From NCBI RefSeq assembly GCF_009914755.1, contig NC_060929.1: a DNA stretch of 64,000 nucleotides; one strand, 5' to 3'. Each line of letters begins with the position of its first letter. Positions within the stretch are counted from its first letter, which is position 1. Below the pieces are notes generated by a model that was not told the origin of the DNA, made no database searches, and saw nothing but the letters and a program-made list of their open reading frames with translations. This stretch comes from the human T2T-CHM13v2.0 reference genome, Homo sapiens. The position numbers and the translations under genes were made by a program. Shown here one piece after another: positions 43,328 to 59,818 of the stretch.

Positions 43328-44292
43328 TTTTTTTTTTGAAGCTCTTGAGCCGAATATCTTTTCTTACAGAGTCTGATATTCTTGCTACTTAGATTATGAA
43401 GGCTTTTTGCAAACTTTTTTTCATAGGTCATAGAAAATTTAAGCTTTAGTTGGTCAGTGCTGGGAGGATTACACTTTCTTAGTTAAATACAAACCAGAGA
43501 GGCTTTGCCCTAGTGCCCGCCCTCCTCTGAGGTACTAGAAGTACTAGAAGTTCCACACTTTGGCTGTTGTTCTTACTACCAGAATTTGCATTGTTACAGG
43601 CCAGCCAGCCACATTCTTGTGTCTTTTGTTTTCAAACTGTTTTAGATAGAGTTTAAGACCTGGAAGTCACCATTGCCTGATTCCCATGGGAAATCTCCTC
43701 CAATTATTTAGAGAAAATTCTTCTTGTGGGAAAAAAAGGGGAAACAAATAACTGATTGTTTAGAGGCTCATAGAAAGAAATTTCCATATATGTCCCAACT
43801 TCCTTGCCAATGTTTCGGAAAGCTGTGGTTTTGTGAGTCAAGTTCCTACTACCACAGAATGGACGTAATTCCAAGAGAGGATTCTTCATGGTAAAGATGA
43901 GAAATACCTTGAAAGTACAGCTCTGAGCCCAAACATGTCATTGAGCGTAATGTGGTTTTTGATAGATTTCTTCCCTCCACAGGCTACGCTCTTAATCTTC
44001 CCCACTTGAATAAGAAAGACTTATATGTATATTTTTTTTATCATAATGGAGACTTAGTAAGCTTAAGGGTCTGTTTTTTGTTTTTGTTTTGTTTTTAAGA
44101 GGAATTATTTTGAGATCTGGAAATTACACCCTGAATGCAGTAAATTTTTAAAACTGAGCATCACTGGGAACTGAACGTTGCTACTGTTAAGCTTATGGAA
44201 GAGCAGAGGGAGACAAGGAAGGAAGGGGTTGATTAGCCACGGTAACTACTCTGAAAGACACACCTTTCCAGTTCAAAGAAGCTTCACTAGCC

Positions 44293-44606
44293 TTTTGTTT
44301 TGTTTTGTTTTTTGAGATGGAGTCTTACTCTGTCTACCAGGCTGGAGGGCAGTGGCTTGATCTGGGTTTGCTGTAACCTCTGCCCCGCCCCCGCCTCCGG
44401 GCTCAAGTGACTCTCCTGCCTCAGCCTCCTGAGTAGCTGGGACCGTAGGCATGCACCTCCAGGCCCAGCCGATTTTTGTATTTTTAGTTAGACATGAGAT
44501 TTTACCATGTTGGCCAGGCTGGTCTTGAACTCCTGACCTCTAGCAATCCACCCACCTTGACCTCGCAAAGTGCTGGCATTATAGCCCCTGAGCCACCACG
44601 CCCAGC
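44293..44606 (-). mobile_element. AluS
   Basis: TSD cttcactagcc. Confidence 0.92.
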
Positions 44607-44615
44607 TCTTCACTA

Positions 44616-44923
<308 letters not shown>

Positions 44924-45361
44924 CTTCTCCCTTTCGGATTCCCGATGCGGTGGTTGCTGTAAGGGGTCCTCCCTGTGCCACACGGCCATCGCCATGGTGA
45001 AGCTGAGCAAAGAGGCCAAGCAGAGACTGCAGCAGCTCTTCAACGGGGGCCAGTTTGCCATCCACTTGGGCTTTATCCCTCTTGTGATTTACCTGGGATT
45101 TAAGAGGGGTGCAGATCCTGGAATGTCTGAACCAACTGTTCTGAGCCTACTTTGGGGATAAAGGATTATTTGGTCTTCTGGATTTGGAGGCAATCAGTGG
45201 ACAGCATGAAAGATGTGTGCTCTGGCTCGGATAAGAGATGGGACATCATTCAGTCACTAGTTGGATGGCACAAGGCTCTTCACAGATGAACCTGTAGCAG
45301 AGTGGAACTTGTACTAACTTATGATAGAATGTATCAGAATAAATGTTTTTAACAATGTTAA
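44924..45361 (+). pseudogene. TOMM7: Processed pseudogene (retrocopy) of TOMM7, not the parent gene, with intact 55-codon ORF 44994-45161
   Basis: Translation MVKLSKEAKQRLQQLFNGGQFAIHLGFIPLVIYLGFKRGADPGMSEPTVLSLLWG*. Intronless, with 5'UTR, AATAAA 45338-45343 and exact 14-bp TSD aaaaataaaaataa at 44910-44923 and 45362-45375. Confidence 0.95.
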
Positions 45362-46781
45362 AAAAATAAAAATAAAATACACTTGCAGTAAGTCACAGTG
45401 GCATGGGGTATTTGTTGAATGCACACTCTGTACAGGTGCCTGGACAAGCACAACATCAGTGACTGCCCTTGACCACTTCGGCACACTGGTGAGAGTCAAG
45501 CTTCAAGCTTATTCCCCTGTCAAATGAGAAGAACACTAGAGTCGTGTCTCCTGCTTCTGACCCACCTGGGCTGCACCTCCACACTCGGTGGCGTTAAGAT
45601 GCACCACACTCAGGGGAGTCATTAGGGAGGAAACAGCCACATCGCCTTGAGTTTCTGAAAACCAAATGAATGGCAGTGCTTTCACTGACAATGACAATTC
45701 AGTGCAGTAAAGATAAAATACAAAGAGTTGGAGCTTCCAAACTCTCCCCACAGTTCCAAGCTCTCCCCACAGTCTTAGTGGAATTGCGATGGGCCTTTGG
45801 TCTGCTGGTCCAGTTAATATGCTCCAAGTAGCATAGGCAGCAGTCTGAACCCAAACCCACTTGGCTGCCGTCCTTCCCAGAATGCCTGTTCCACAAGCCT
45901 GCCATTTGGCTTGTTCTCCCTGCTGTGCGGTGCCAATTAGGTGGACTGTGCTAGAATGTAATTGTCTCCAGGTACAGCTACTGTGAGGAGTAGCCCACTT
46001 TCCTTTTGTCCATGATGGGGAGAAGCTTGGAACTTGGGCCAATGTCAAGAGTAAGAAACCAGCTTTGAGGCTTTCCTGAAGACGCACTTCTTCTGAAAAA
46101 TCGCTCCTGATTCCCCCAGCCCATGGTGATAGGTCCCTGTGGAAACGCTGGAGTCCTCACTGCCTTTATCCATCACTTCACGTTTGGCGTGTGTTGCCTC
46201 GTAGTGGTGGGAATCTTTTCATCTGGATACTCTTCATCTTCCCAGCAAGTTTATGTGGCGCATGTGCTTAGAGGAGACGCTTGTTAATTATTTGTCTGAT
46301 TCTGGTCTTGAGACGTAGCCAATCTCATGGACACCAGCAGGATCATACCCCAAAGATTTAGAGAAATATCTTTAGGGATTCTTAGCAAAATTGATTTCTT
46401 AGAGCTCCCAGAGCCTTGAGGCATTAGACAGAATTCTTGAGCTGAAATTGGCTGGTGATATTGGCCCAGAAAATTCCTTATTCCTTCTGCCCAGTAGAGT
46501 GTGTGTTGTCACCAACACTTGGAGCCTGTGCCTGAGGGTCTTCATGTTTGTGGCAGGATTCCTGGGAATAAGTTCAAGTCCTGGTGGAGCTGGATTGAGT
46601 TTCCAAAACCAAAATTGTCTCCATTTCTGTGAAGAAAGAAACTACCCCTAACTCAAAGGATTGATTGGACTGACAAGCCAGGCTGGAAAATTGGGACTGA
46701 ACAGTTATCTATGTCCTGCAATGACCGGCAGGAGGGGCTAAGGGGCTAAGGAGGCACAAATGCCTTTAAGTGAGGCCATGG

Positions 46782-48885
<2,104 letters not shown>

Positions 48886-48999
48886 CATAGTACCATGTTG
48901 CATCATGGGAGAGAAAAAAAGTGAGGGCAGGGCTGGTCCAGCTCTTTCTGGTAGAATGTGTCTGATTGTTTGGTAGTCATAAAAACCTTCTGCTACTTT

Positions 49000-49352
<353 letters not shown>

Positions 49353-50097
49353 TGACTGGCCCTTTTCCATCTAGCTCCAGAAGATCTATGCTTATCTTTT
49401 TCAATGGACCTAATAGTCATTAATGGACCTTGATTCTATAAACTAGCCAGAGGTGACCCATGGGCCTAAGAGATGTGTGTCCTTGTCTAGGACCCAAGTC
49501 ACTGGGCCACACCGACATGCACTTGCTCTCCAGCTATACCCCCATTTCACAGGGTGACTCATTGCCTTCCTCCATCTTCACCAAGATGGCTCCTTCTTGA
49601 AGAAAACCAGGCCATTTCAGTATGCCTACCCTCACTGAGAATATGTAAGGAGGAAAGAACAGGTCTCTGCCTGAGGGATGGGGACTGAGTTAGGATGAGC
49701 TGGGACTTCTCTGCACACAAATGGAAGTTTAAACTGAGATGGCCCTCTGCTGAAGGGGAGTGCAAATCAGACAGCCAAGGAGAGTGCTTGAGTATTTCAC
49801 AAAGTCTTCAAAGCGCTGCTTCCCTAAATATTAAAATATTTCACTACAAAAAGATGGGGTGGGAACCATTTGATAAAGTAAGATTTGGTCACACCGGTTA
49901 AAGGAATAGCTAGTAAACACTTCTGCTGACCTCAGGTGATCCACCTGCCTTGGCCTCTCAAGGTGCTGGTAAATACTTCTCAAACCCATTTGACCACAGA
50001 GTTAAGGAGCATTCTTTCATAGAGCATCTCCTTCTTTCATAGAGCATTTCCCAAAATATAGAATGTATTTTTGGAAAAACTAGATTAAGGTCATTAG

Positions 50098-50402
<305 letters not shown>

Positions 50403-50452
50403 AAGAAAAGAACCCTTGAAAAGAAAATTCAGAAGCACAGGAAAACTTTATC

Positions 50453-50640
50453 AAGGATCTGAGTTGAGAGTTTTGCCCTATGTTTCCATTTACTTACCAG
50501 AACTTAGGAGTATGCTGGACTCTGAAAGGAGATATAAGAGGGAATATTAAGGATCTAAGTTGAGAGTTTTGCCCTATTTTTCCATTTACTTACTAGAACT
50601 TAGGAGTATGCTGGGCTCTGAAAGGAGATTTAAGAGGGAA
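50453..50640. repeat. 96-bp direct tandem duplication
   Basis: aaggatct..gttgagagttttgcccta..tccatttactta..aacttaggagtatgctgg..tctgaaaggagat..aagagggaa twice, starting at 50453 and 50549. Confidence 0.95.
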
Positions 50641-50944
50641 CTTTTCAATGAATATTGATCCATACTTGCAATGAAATAAGTACCAGAAACAAACTGTCCC
50701 CCACCCTTGCTTGGGAGCCTCGTAGAAGCTGTGACCCATCCACCTGCTGCATGGCTGTGCTCAGCGTCGTGGAGTTTTGAATCTGAATGCTTTAGAAAGG
50801 GCATGTTGGCTCCAGACTCAGCGTCTGCTGTTGATTTTGTCCAACCTGCTTCTCTGATTCATTTAATTTTCTGCCCCCTGTCAGCATTTATGCTTGCAGC
50901 CCATAGAATGAAAGCAATCATGGTAATAATAAATGCAGTATAAC

Positions 50945-51158
50945 CTTCTAAGAACCTGTGTCATGCTGTGTGCTACAGATCATTCTTTGTGGGAGGACTG
51001 TCTTGCATACCATCAAATGTTTAGCTGCATCTCTGGCCTCTGCCACTAGATGCCAGCAGCAATGCCCCACCCATCCTAGTTGTGACAGTTTAAAATATCT
51101 GCGGACAGTGCTAAATGTCTCCTGTGGGGCAATATCTTCCCCAGTTGAGAACCACTGG
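50945..51158 (-). mobile_element. MER20 (hAT-Charlie)
   Basis: tggcctctgccactagatgccag, agttgtgaca, ends gttgagaaccactg. Confidence 0.88.
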
Positions 51159-51198
51159 CATATGTGAAAGCACAGATACATGAAAAAGAGCAGTGGAA

Positions 51199-51393
51199 GG
51201 CCAGGCGCAGTGGCTCACGCCTGTAATCCCAGCACTTTGGGAGGCTGAGGCGGGTGGATCACCTGAGGTCGGGAGTTTGAAACCAGCCTGGCCAACACAG
51301 TGAAACCCCGTCTCTACAGAAAATACAGAAAAATCAGCCGGGTGTGGTGCTGGACATGTGTAATCCCAGCTACTCGGGAGGCTGAAAAAAAAA
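51199..51393 (+). mobile_element. Alu missing the distal ~100 bp of its right arm but keeping A run and TSD
   Basis: gggaggctg|aaaaaaaaa|gcagcgg versus upstream aaaaagagcagtgg. Confidence 0.88.
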
Positions 51394-51437
51394 GCAGCGG
51401 CTAGCATGACTATCTGTGGGTTTCATGATGCAGGCAT

Positions 51438-52157
<720 letters not shown>

Positions 52158-52407
52158 GGAATAGATGAAGAATGGTCTCAAATACGCATCAAGGTGTTTA
52201 GGCGTTGTCCTTTGGACAATGAGAAATTATTTGAGTGTTTCAAGCAGATGTTATGTATTTGCCACTGGATACCTCTGTGTGCAGGATATACTTTAGGGGT
52301 AGACAACTGAGGAGGTGAGAGTAGTCTAGAGTCAAGGCCCTAAGGTGTGACTCAGTACAGCAGAAGGGGACCTCAAACTTGGCATGCCCTAAAAAACCCA
52401 CTATGCG

Positions 52408-52485
52408 ACCAGACGCAGTGGCTCAGGCCTGTAATCCCAGTACTTTGGGAGGCCAAGGCTAGTGGATCACTTGAGGTCAGGAGTG
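52408..52485 (+). mobile_element. Alu 5' fragment
   Basis: Left-arm start ending abruptly after gaggtcaggagt. Confidence 0.8.
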
Positions 52486-52647
52486 AGAGAGACTGAAGAA
52501 GTGGAGTTGACAGGACCTACCAGCAAGGGTGGAGGGGAGAGAGGAGCCAAGGGCGACTCAGTTGTGCTTCAGTGACAGGGAATTGGCATGAGTTGGAAGA
52601 GGAGATACAGGAGGGGGAACCTGTCTGAGGGAGAGCATAATGGGATT

Positions 52648-53072
<425 letters not shown>

Positions 53073-53882
53073 GCATAGTGGATTTTTTAGGGCAGGCTGA
53101 GTTTGAGGTGGCTGCAGGACACCCAGCTGCAGCTGGGCAGGAGGTGAGGGTCTGAGCTCAGAAGAGAGATGGAGATTGAGGAGCTGGTGGCTCTTACTTG
53201 GTTGCTGTAGCTATGGAAGTAGATGGGATAATCCAGGTGACAGGAGGGAGGAACGAAGAAGCTGGTACCCCTCCAAGGCCCACCCTGGCCTGGCAGGAGG
53301 AATGAGACTGAAAAGGGGGCCAGAGAGCTGGAGGCAGCTCTGTCCACTAGAGGCTTATGGCTCATGGGACAGATTTGACAGCTAAGAAACAGATCTGTAT
53401 ACGATGAAGGCCCCAGAGCATGATGGTGTCAGTGTATGCTGCCGGCGTTGTGTGAGTTGAGGGTGTGTGAACTCCAGGAGGGCTGGATGGGAGGGGAGGG
53501 GTGGGCCACAGCCGCACGGAGCTTTCTCAGGTGTGATTCTGAACCCTTTCCATTAATGGCAGAAGTTGGAAGGGAGCTGCCTCCCCAAATTTGCAGGCCA
53601 AGGTCCTCCCCGCTTGCACAATTGGCAGGGTGTTCCCCATCAGCGCTGACATTATCATCTCCCATCAAGGGGCAGGAAAACAAACCTTGTTTGCTTTCAT
53701 AACTTTCTGTGTGTGATTTTTGACTGGGGGATGGGAAAAGGGGAGAAGGAAATGTTAGTGCTTCCTGTTGTTTTTAAGACCATTTATGAATTGCATTTTA
53801 TGGTCTTTTCATTTTGTGACATCAAGCATATGAAGCATGATAGCCATAGAACTGGCCAATGAGAAAATGTAAAGAAAACCAA

Positions 53883-54216
<334 letters not shown>

Positions 54217-54224
54217 TTAATATA

Positions 54225-55035
<811 letters not shown>

Positions 55036-56411
55036 GGTTCTTGGGTTTATACCTGGGGTGTCCCTTGGCTTTTGCTGTATGATCGACTCCTGCTGGGGAT
55101 TTCTGGGATTGCCCTCTTTGTTACCTTTCTGTTTTAGCTTCTGGGAGAATCTTAGGTGTGTCCCTAGGCTGGGCTTTGTGACCCGCTGGACAGCCATTAC
55201 TGAGCCCCTGCCTACAAAGATCCACACCTTGTCCCCTTGGCACCATCTTAGAGTTTGAATCAGGAAGATTTACGTTGTAACCTCAGTACTTCCACTAATG
55301 TGCCCTGTGATGTTGGAAAGCTTCCTCATGTTCCTGTGGGCCTCTGTTTCCACACGAACGCAATGAGAAAGTAGAACTCAGTGATCTTCAGGGTCCCTCC
55401 CAGGTGATGGACAGTGAGTGCACAGTGGTCTCCTAAGCCCAGTGACCAAGGAACCAAGGTGGACACGAAGAAGGCAGAGCCCCAGATGCCTGTCATGGAT
55501 AATGCAATTCAGAAACTTGGGTCGGTTAGGTGGCTTGTGTACTTGCTGAATTCTGGTGTATGCTACGTGGCTCGTTTTGTGAGTAAATGTAGCAGTAATT
55601 CCCCTTAAAGCAAAACTATATGTTATATATTATCCACCCTTCGTTGAGAGAATGGGACAAAGAGAGGCAGGATAACTGGTTTTACCATAGATTTTTGGCA
55701 GATGTCACCAACTAATACTGTCAGGAATATTTTATAGGCAAATTTTACCTCTTGTTAGGACTGCAGTTTGGTCACAGGCCAAGGCAATTTTAATCTTTTT
55801 CCCTCACTTCTTTTAAAAGAAAAAAAAGCTAAAGAGCAGACTTCCTTCTCCTTAGCTTGAACTGTGAGCAGGAGTCCACGCTTTCCTGAACTAGGAAGGT
55901 GAGTTCCAGGAAGTTACCCACACGATCAACTTTCAGGCCTCTTGAATGCACACAAAAAATGTGGACTTGCCTGGGGCTCCCTGCTGGTGTTTGGAGACTA
56001 GGAACTAATCCTCCCATTAGTTCTTTCTCTGCCGCACCAGGGAAACATCATATATACTAGTGACTTTCTGTCTTCTTTATCTCATCAGTAAAAGGCGGAT
56101 CCTGTTTTTGTTTTCAAGAATGTGTTAGGGTATTGGGATGGCTAGAATCCATTTGGAGCACATGAGAAAATGTATAGCATTTTCTGTTTAGGAGATATTT
56201 GAACCATCTAATTAAAAAAAAAAAAAAAAAAAAGACTTAAGTCCAGATACTAGACCACCAGTTTTTTAATACATGGAAAATTTAGAAGCAATTTCAAAAA
56301 TGTCTCACTGTGACTGGAACTAGGTTATGTCAATACAAGGCTCCTAGGGGAAAAATTTATACTGGATAAAACTCTAAAATAAATGAATATACTAAAAAAC
56401 ACCAAAAATCT

Positions 56412-56987
<576 letters not shown>

Positions 56988-57709
56988 CTATTTTTTAACA
57001 TTCTATTTCCTGATAAAACCTTAGAAAAATCATATTGTGTTTAAAAGTTGAGGATTTTTTCAGCAACTCAAGGGCTGACTGATAATTTCTGGTTTTGCTA
57101 GTACTTGTCTACAATGGAAGTTGGAAGCTTAGTCGGAGTAGAAAAGTTGTAAATTTGGTGTCATCAAGACAAATGGCTTTTATTTCCCAACAGACTTCTT
57201 TATAAAATAATTTAACCCCTTGATTTTTGTTTGCATTTGGATGCAATTTAAAAAAAAATCTGGCCCTTTAATAAGTGCAAGACAGATTAAATGTATTGTG
57301 AAATATCAGGTCACTGAGTGGAAAGTTTCTTCACTGATCATCCTAGCTTCACATTTTTAGTTATGTGAAGTACACATTTTGATAGTATTTTGGTTTTCTC
57401 CTGCCTGAAATCTTCAGTCCACCTCCCTGGCAGTCTGTAGAATGAAGCAGCTGTGGTCCGTGGCCAAGTGTGCGTCCTTTGGTGATGGAAGAGCTGATCT
57501 GCAGATACCTGCAGGAGGAAGCCATGCATGATGTCTGCTGGGATATGATTTCCCCCCATACTCCTGGAAAATTAGAACCGTTTATAGCAGCCTGGTTCCA
57601 ATACACTGGCAGGGCAAGGATTGGCTCCTTCTCTTACAAACACAGCGTGGCTGGATGCATTCATAAATGAAAAATGATCTGAGTGCTGTGGGTGGGTGGG
57701 GCTCTGGAG

Positions 57710-57767
57710 CTCAGGAGGTGAAGCCGGGAGGAGAGAGAGAGAATCTGCTCCTCAGCTCCACAGAGCA
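57710..57767 (-). ncRNA. MIR4279: Annotated microRNA hairpin mir-4279 (mature 16-mer CUCUCCUCCCGGCUUC at 57720-57735)
   Basis: Reverse complement reads UGCUCUGUGGAGCUGAGGAGCAGAUUCUCUCUCUCUCCUCCCGGCUUCACCUCCUGAG, matching the recalled miRBase stem-loop. Self-complementarity is visible. Whether it is a real miRNA is doubtful (see findings). Confidence 0.8.
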
Positions 57768-59489
57768 TGGGGAGCTGGCAGGAAGTTGGAGCACGCATGG
57801 CGCAGCTTGTATTTTTGTTGATAGTTAATAACCCAGGACTTTAAAGACCTGAATGGAGAAGGGAAGTGAAGCACAACCAACTTTGGAGTCTGTCCCATTC
57901 CAGAGGCTGCTGAAGCACAGCAGAGCACGCTCACCTGACCAGCTCATAAAGCAGGTAGGACGGGAGACCTGAGTGGTGAAGAGAATCACATTTTCTCTCT
58001 GAACACAACTTACAGGTCTTCCAAGGGTTTATTATTTTTTAATTATATGAGAGATGAGCAGGTAATAATAACATAAAAGACTCAGCTTGAATTGTGCTGA
58101 TATCTGCCCAAGCAAGAGTTCTCTCAGTTACTAGTGTGATGACCAAATGACAGTTTTATTCTGAGAGTTGCTTTAAAAAAAAAAAAAGAAAAAAAGCATG
58201 CAGCATTGAAGCTTTTTTAATTTAAACTCATTTAAAAATTGGCAGATGATAAATGAACTGCAGACACTGTGTTTTAGAACAAATACTTTGAAGGGAGTCA
58301 ACCAGAAACCGATTTTCAGGCTTGACTGTGGCTCCATTTTCATATTTCAGAGCCAACGAGGTGCTCACTAATTTTTGCTGGCTTTTGTAAGAAAGGAGGT
58401 GGATGTATAACAGCTGTGAAATATCCAGAAATTGACTGGGATCCAGAGTGAAGCCCGAATGCACTAATGTTTTCTCCATTAAGGCAGGCTGCCTCTGCTC
58501 GGCTTCTAAGTCAAGGGATTGGAAAGCAGTGTGAAAGTGAAGTGTGAATCCTGAATATTTGTCATGGAGTGGGGGGAGTGCAGAGGGTTGGAAACTGTCA
58601 CAGTGACGTTTCACACTCAGAAGTAGAAAATAAATGGGGAGGACCATGGGTGGCAGCCACATGCAAGGATAATTTTAAAACTGATTTTTGATTCCCATGA
58701 TTGTAGCCGAGTCTCAGGGTGTTCCTTCCGTTGTCAAGGTTTGGGGCTTGTGATAAGAGAAGTAGAACAGAATAAAGATCATCTCCAGCCCCAGGTTCTG
58801 AATCATTTCTAGGCCTTGCTTCTCCTGGGCACTGGGATGATCTGACATGTTTTCCCTCACTAATGAAGTGGCCAGGGTGTTGGGGGATTGGGCTAACATG
58901 GAGGAGGTTGGATAGAAATGGTGCGTGTGGTCAGCCTGAGAAGAACGTCAGAGGTAGGTGGAGAATTTTGTTTCGGTAGAATAGCCCAGCCTGAATCCTG
59001 GAACTGTTTGCGTTGAGGTTTGGAGAATGCCCCGTAGCCACAGGGGTGTGTCTGAAAAGGCAAAATTGGGAGCTGCTTGGGTTACTGCTTACTGCCTGGC
59101 TGGCATCCTCACGCTGTGGTCATCCTCATGCCGTGGTGGCCACGTTTTGTGGCTTTGCATTTTAGTCCTGGAGGGCTGGGGGATGGCTGTGTTTAGTCAA
59201 GCAAGCCCACACATCATTGCTAGTCTCTCTTTCCGTGTGATTTCTCAGCATTACACAGCTAGCCTTCTATGGGAGGAGGAACGGCACCTCCTGTGGTCTT
59301 TTAGAAAACTTTTTCACCCCATGTTCCTACCATCGCCACCCCAACTCTTGTCCTTTCTTGCCTACTGTTCACCTGTTGTGTGTGTCCCCTTTGTCTCCCA
59401 TCCTTCAGACTGATCTGTCCCAGGTGCTATCTGCAGTGACTTAGAAGCTGTGTTGGGGACAGGTTCCTTCCCAGGGTTCCTGCTGGAAG

Positions 59490-59670
59490 CGGTGTTCAGC
59501 AAGCTATGGCCCTTAGGCAAATCCAGACTGCCCTAGCCTGTTTTTGTATGGCCTGGGAGCTAAGAATGTGTTTTATGTTTTGAAGAGTTGAAGAAACAAA
59601 GAAGAATATAGGACAGAGATAGTGACCCACAAAGCCTATCCGATCTTTAGAAAAAAACATTTGCTGGTTT
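59490..59670. mobile_element. MER58-like hAT element
   Basis: ctatggccc..gcctgtttttgtatggcctgggagctaagaatg..cccacaaagcct. Confidence 0.7.
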
Positions 59671-59699
59671 GCTGGTTGGTCTGTTGATTTCCGCCCCCA

Positions 59700-59818
59700 T
59701 TTAGAGACAGAGTTTCACCCTGTTGGCCAGATTGGTGTCAAACTTTTGACCTCAAGTGATCTGCCCACCTCGGCCTCCCAAAGTGCTAGGATTACAGGTG
59801 TGAGCCACTGCTCCCAGC
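59700..59818 (-). mobile_element. Alu left monomer only
   Basis: tagagacagagtttcacc ... gagccactgctcccagc. Confidence 0.88.

Noticed and set aside
45536-46087. 183-aa minus-strand ORF in unique sequence
   Set aside because: No recognisable domain or coding-like composition; compatible with chance in 64 kb.
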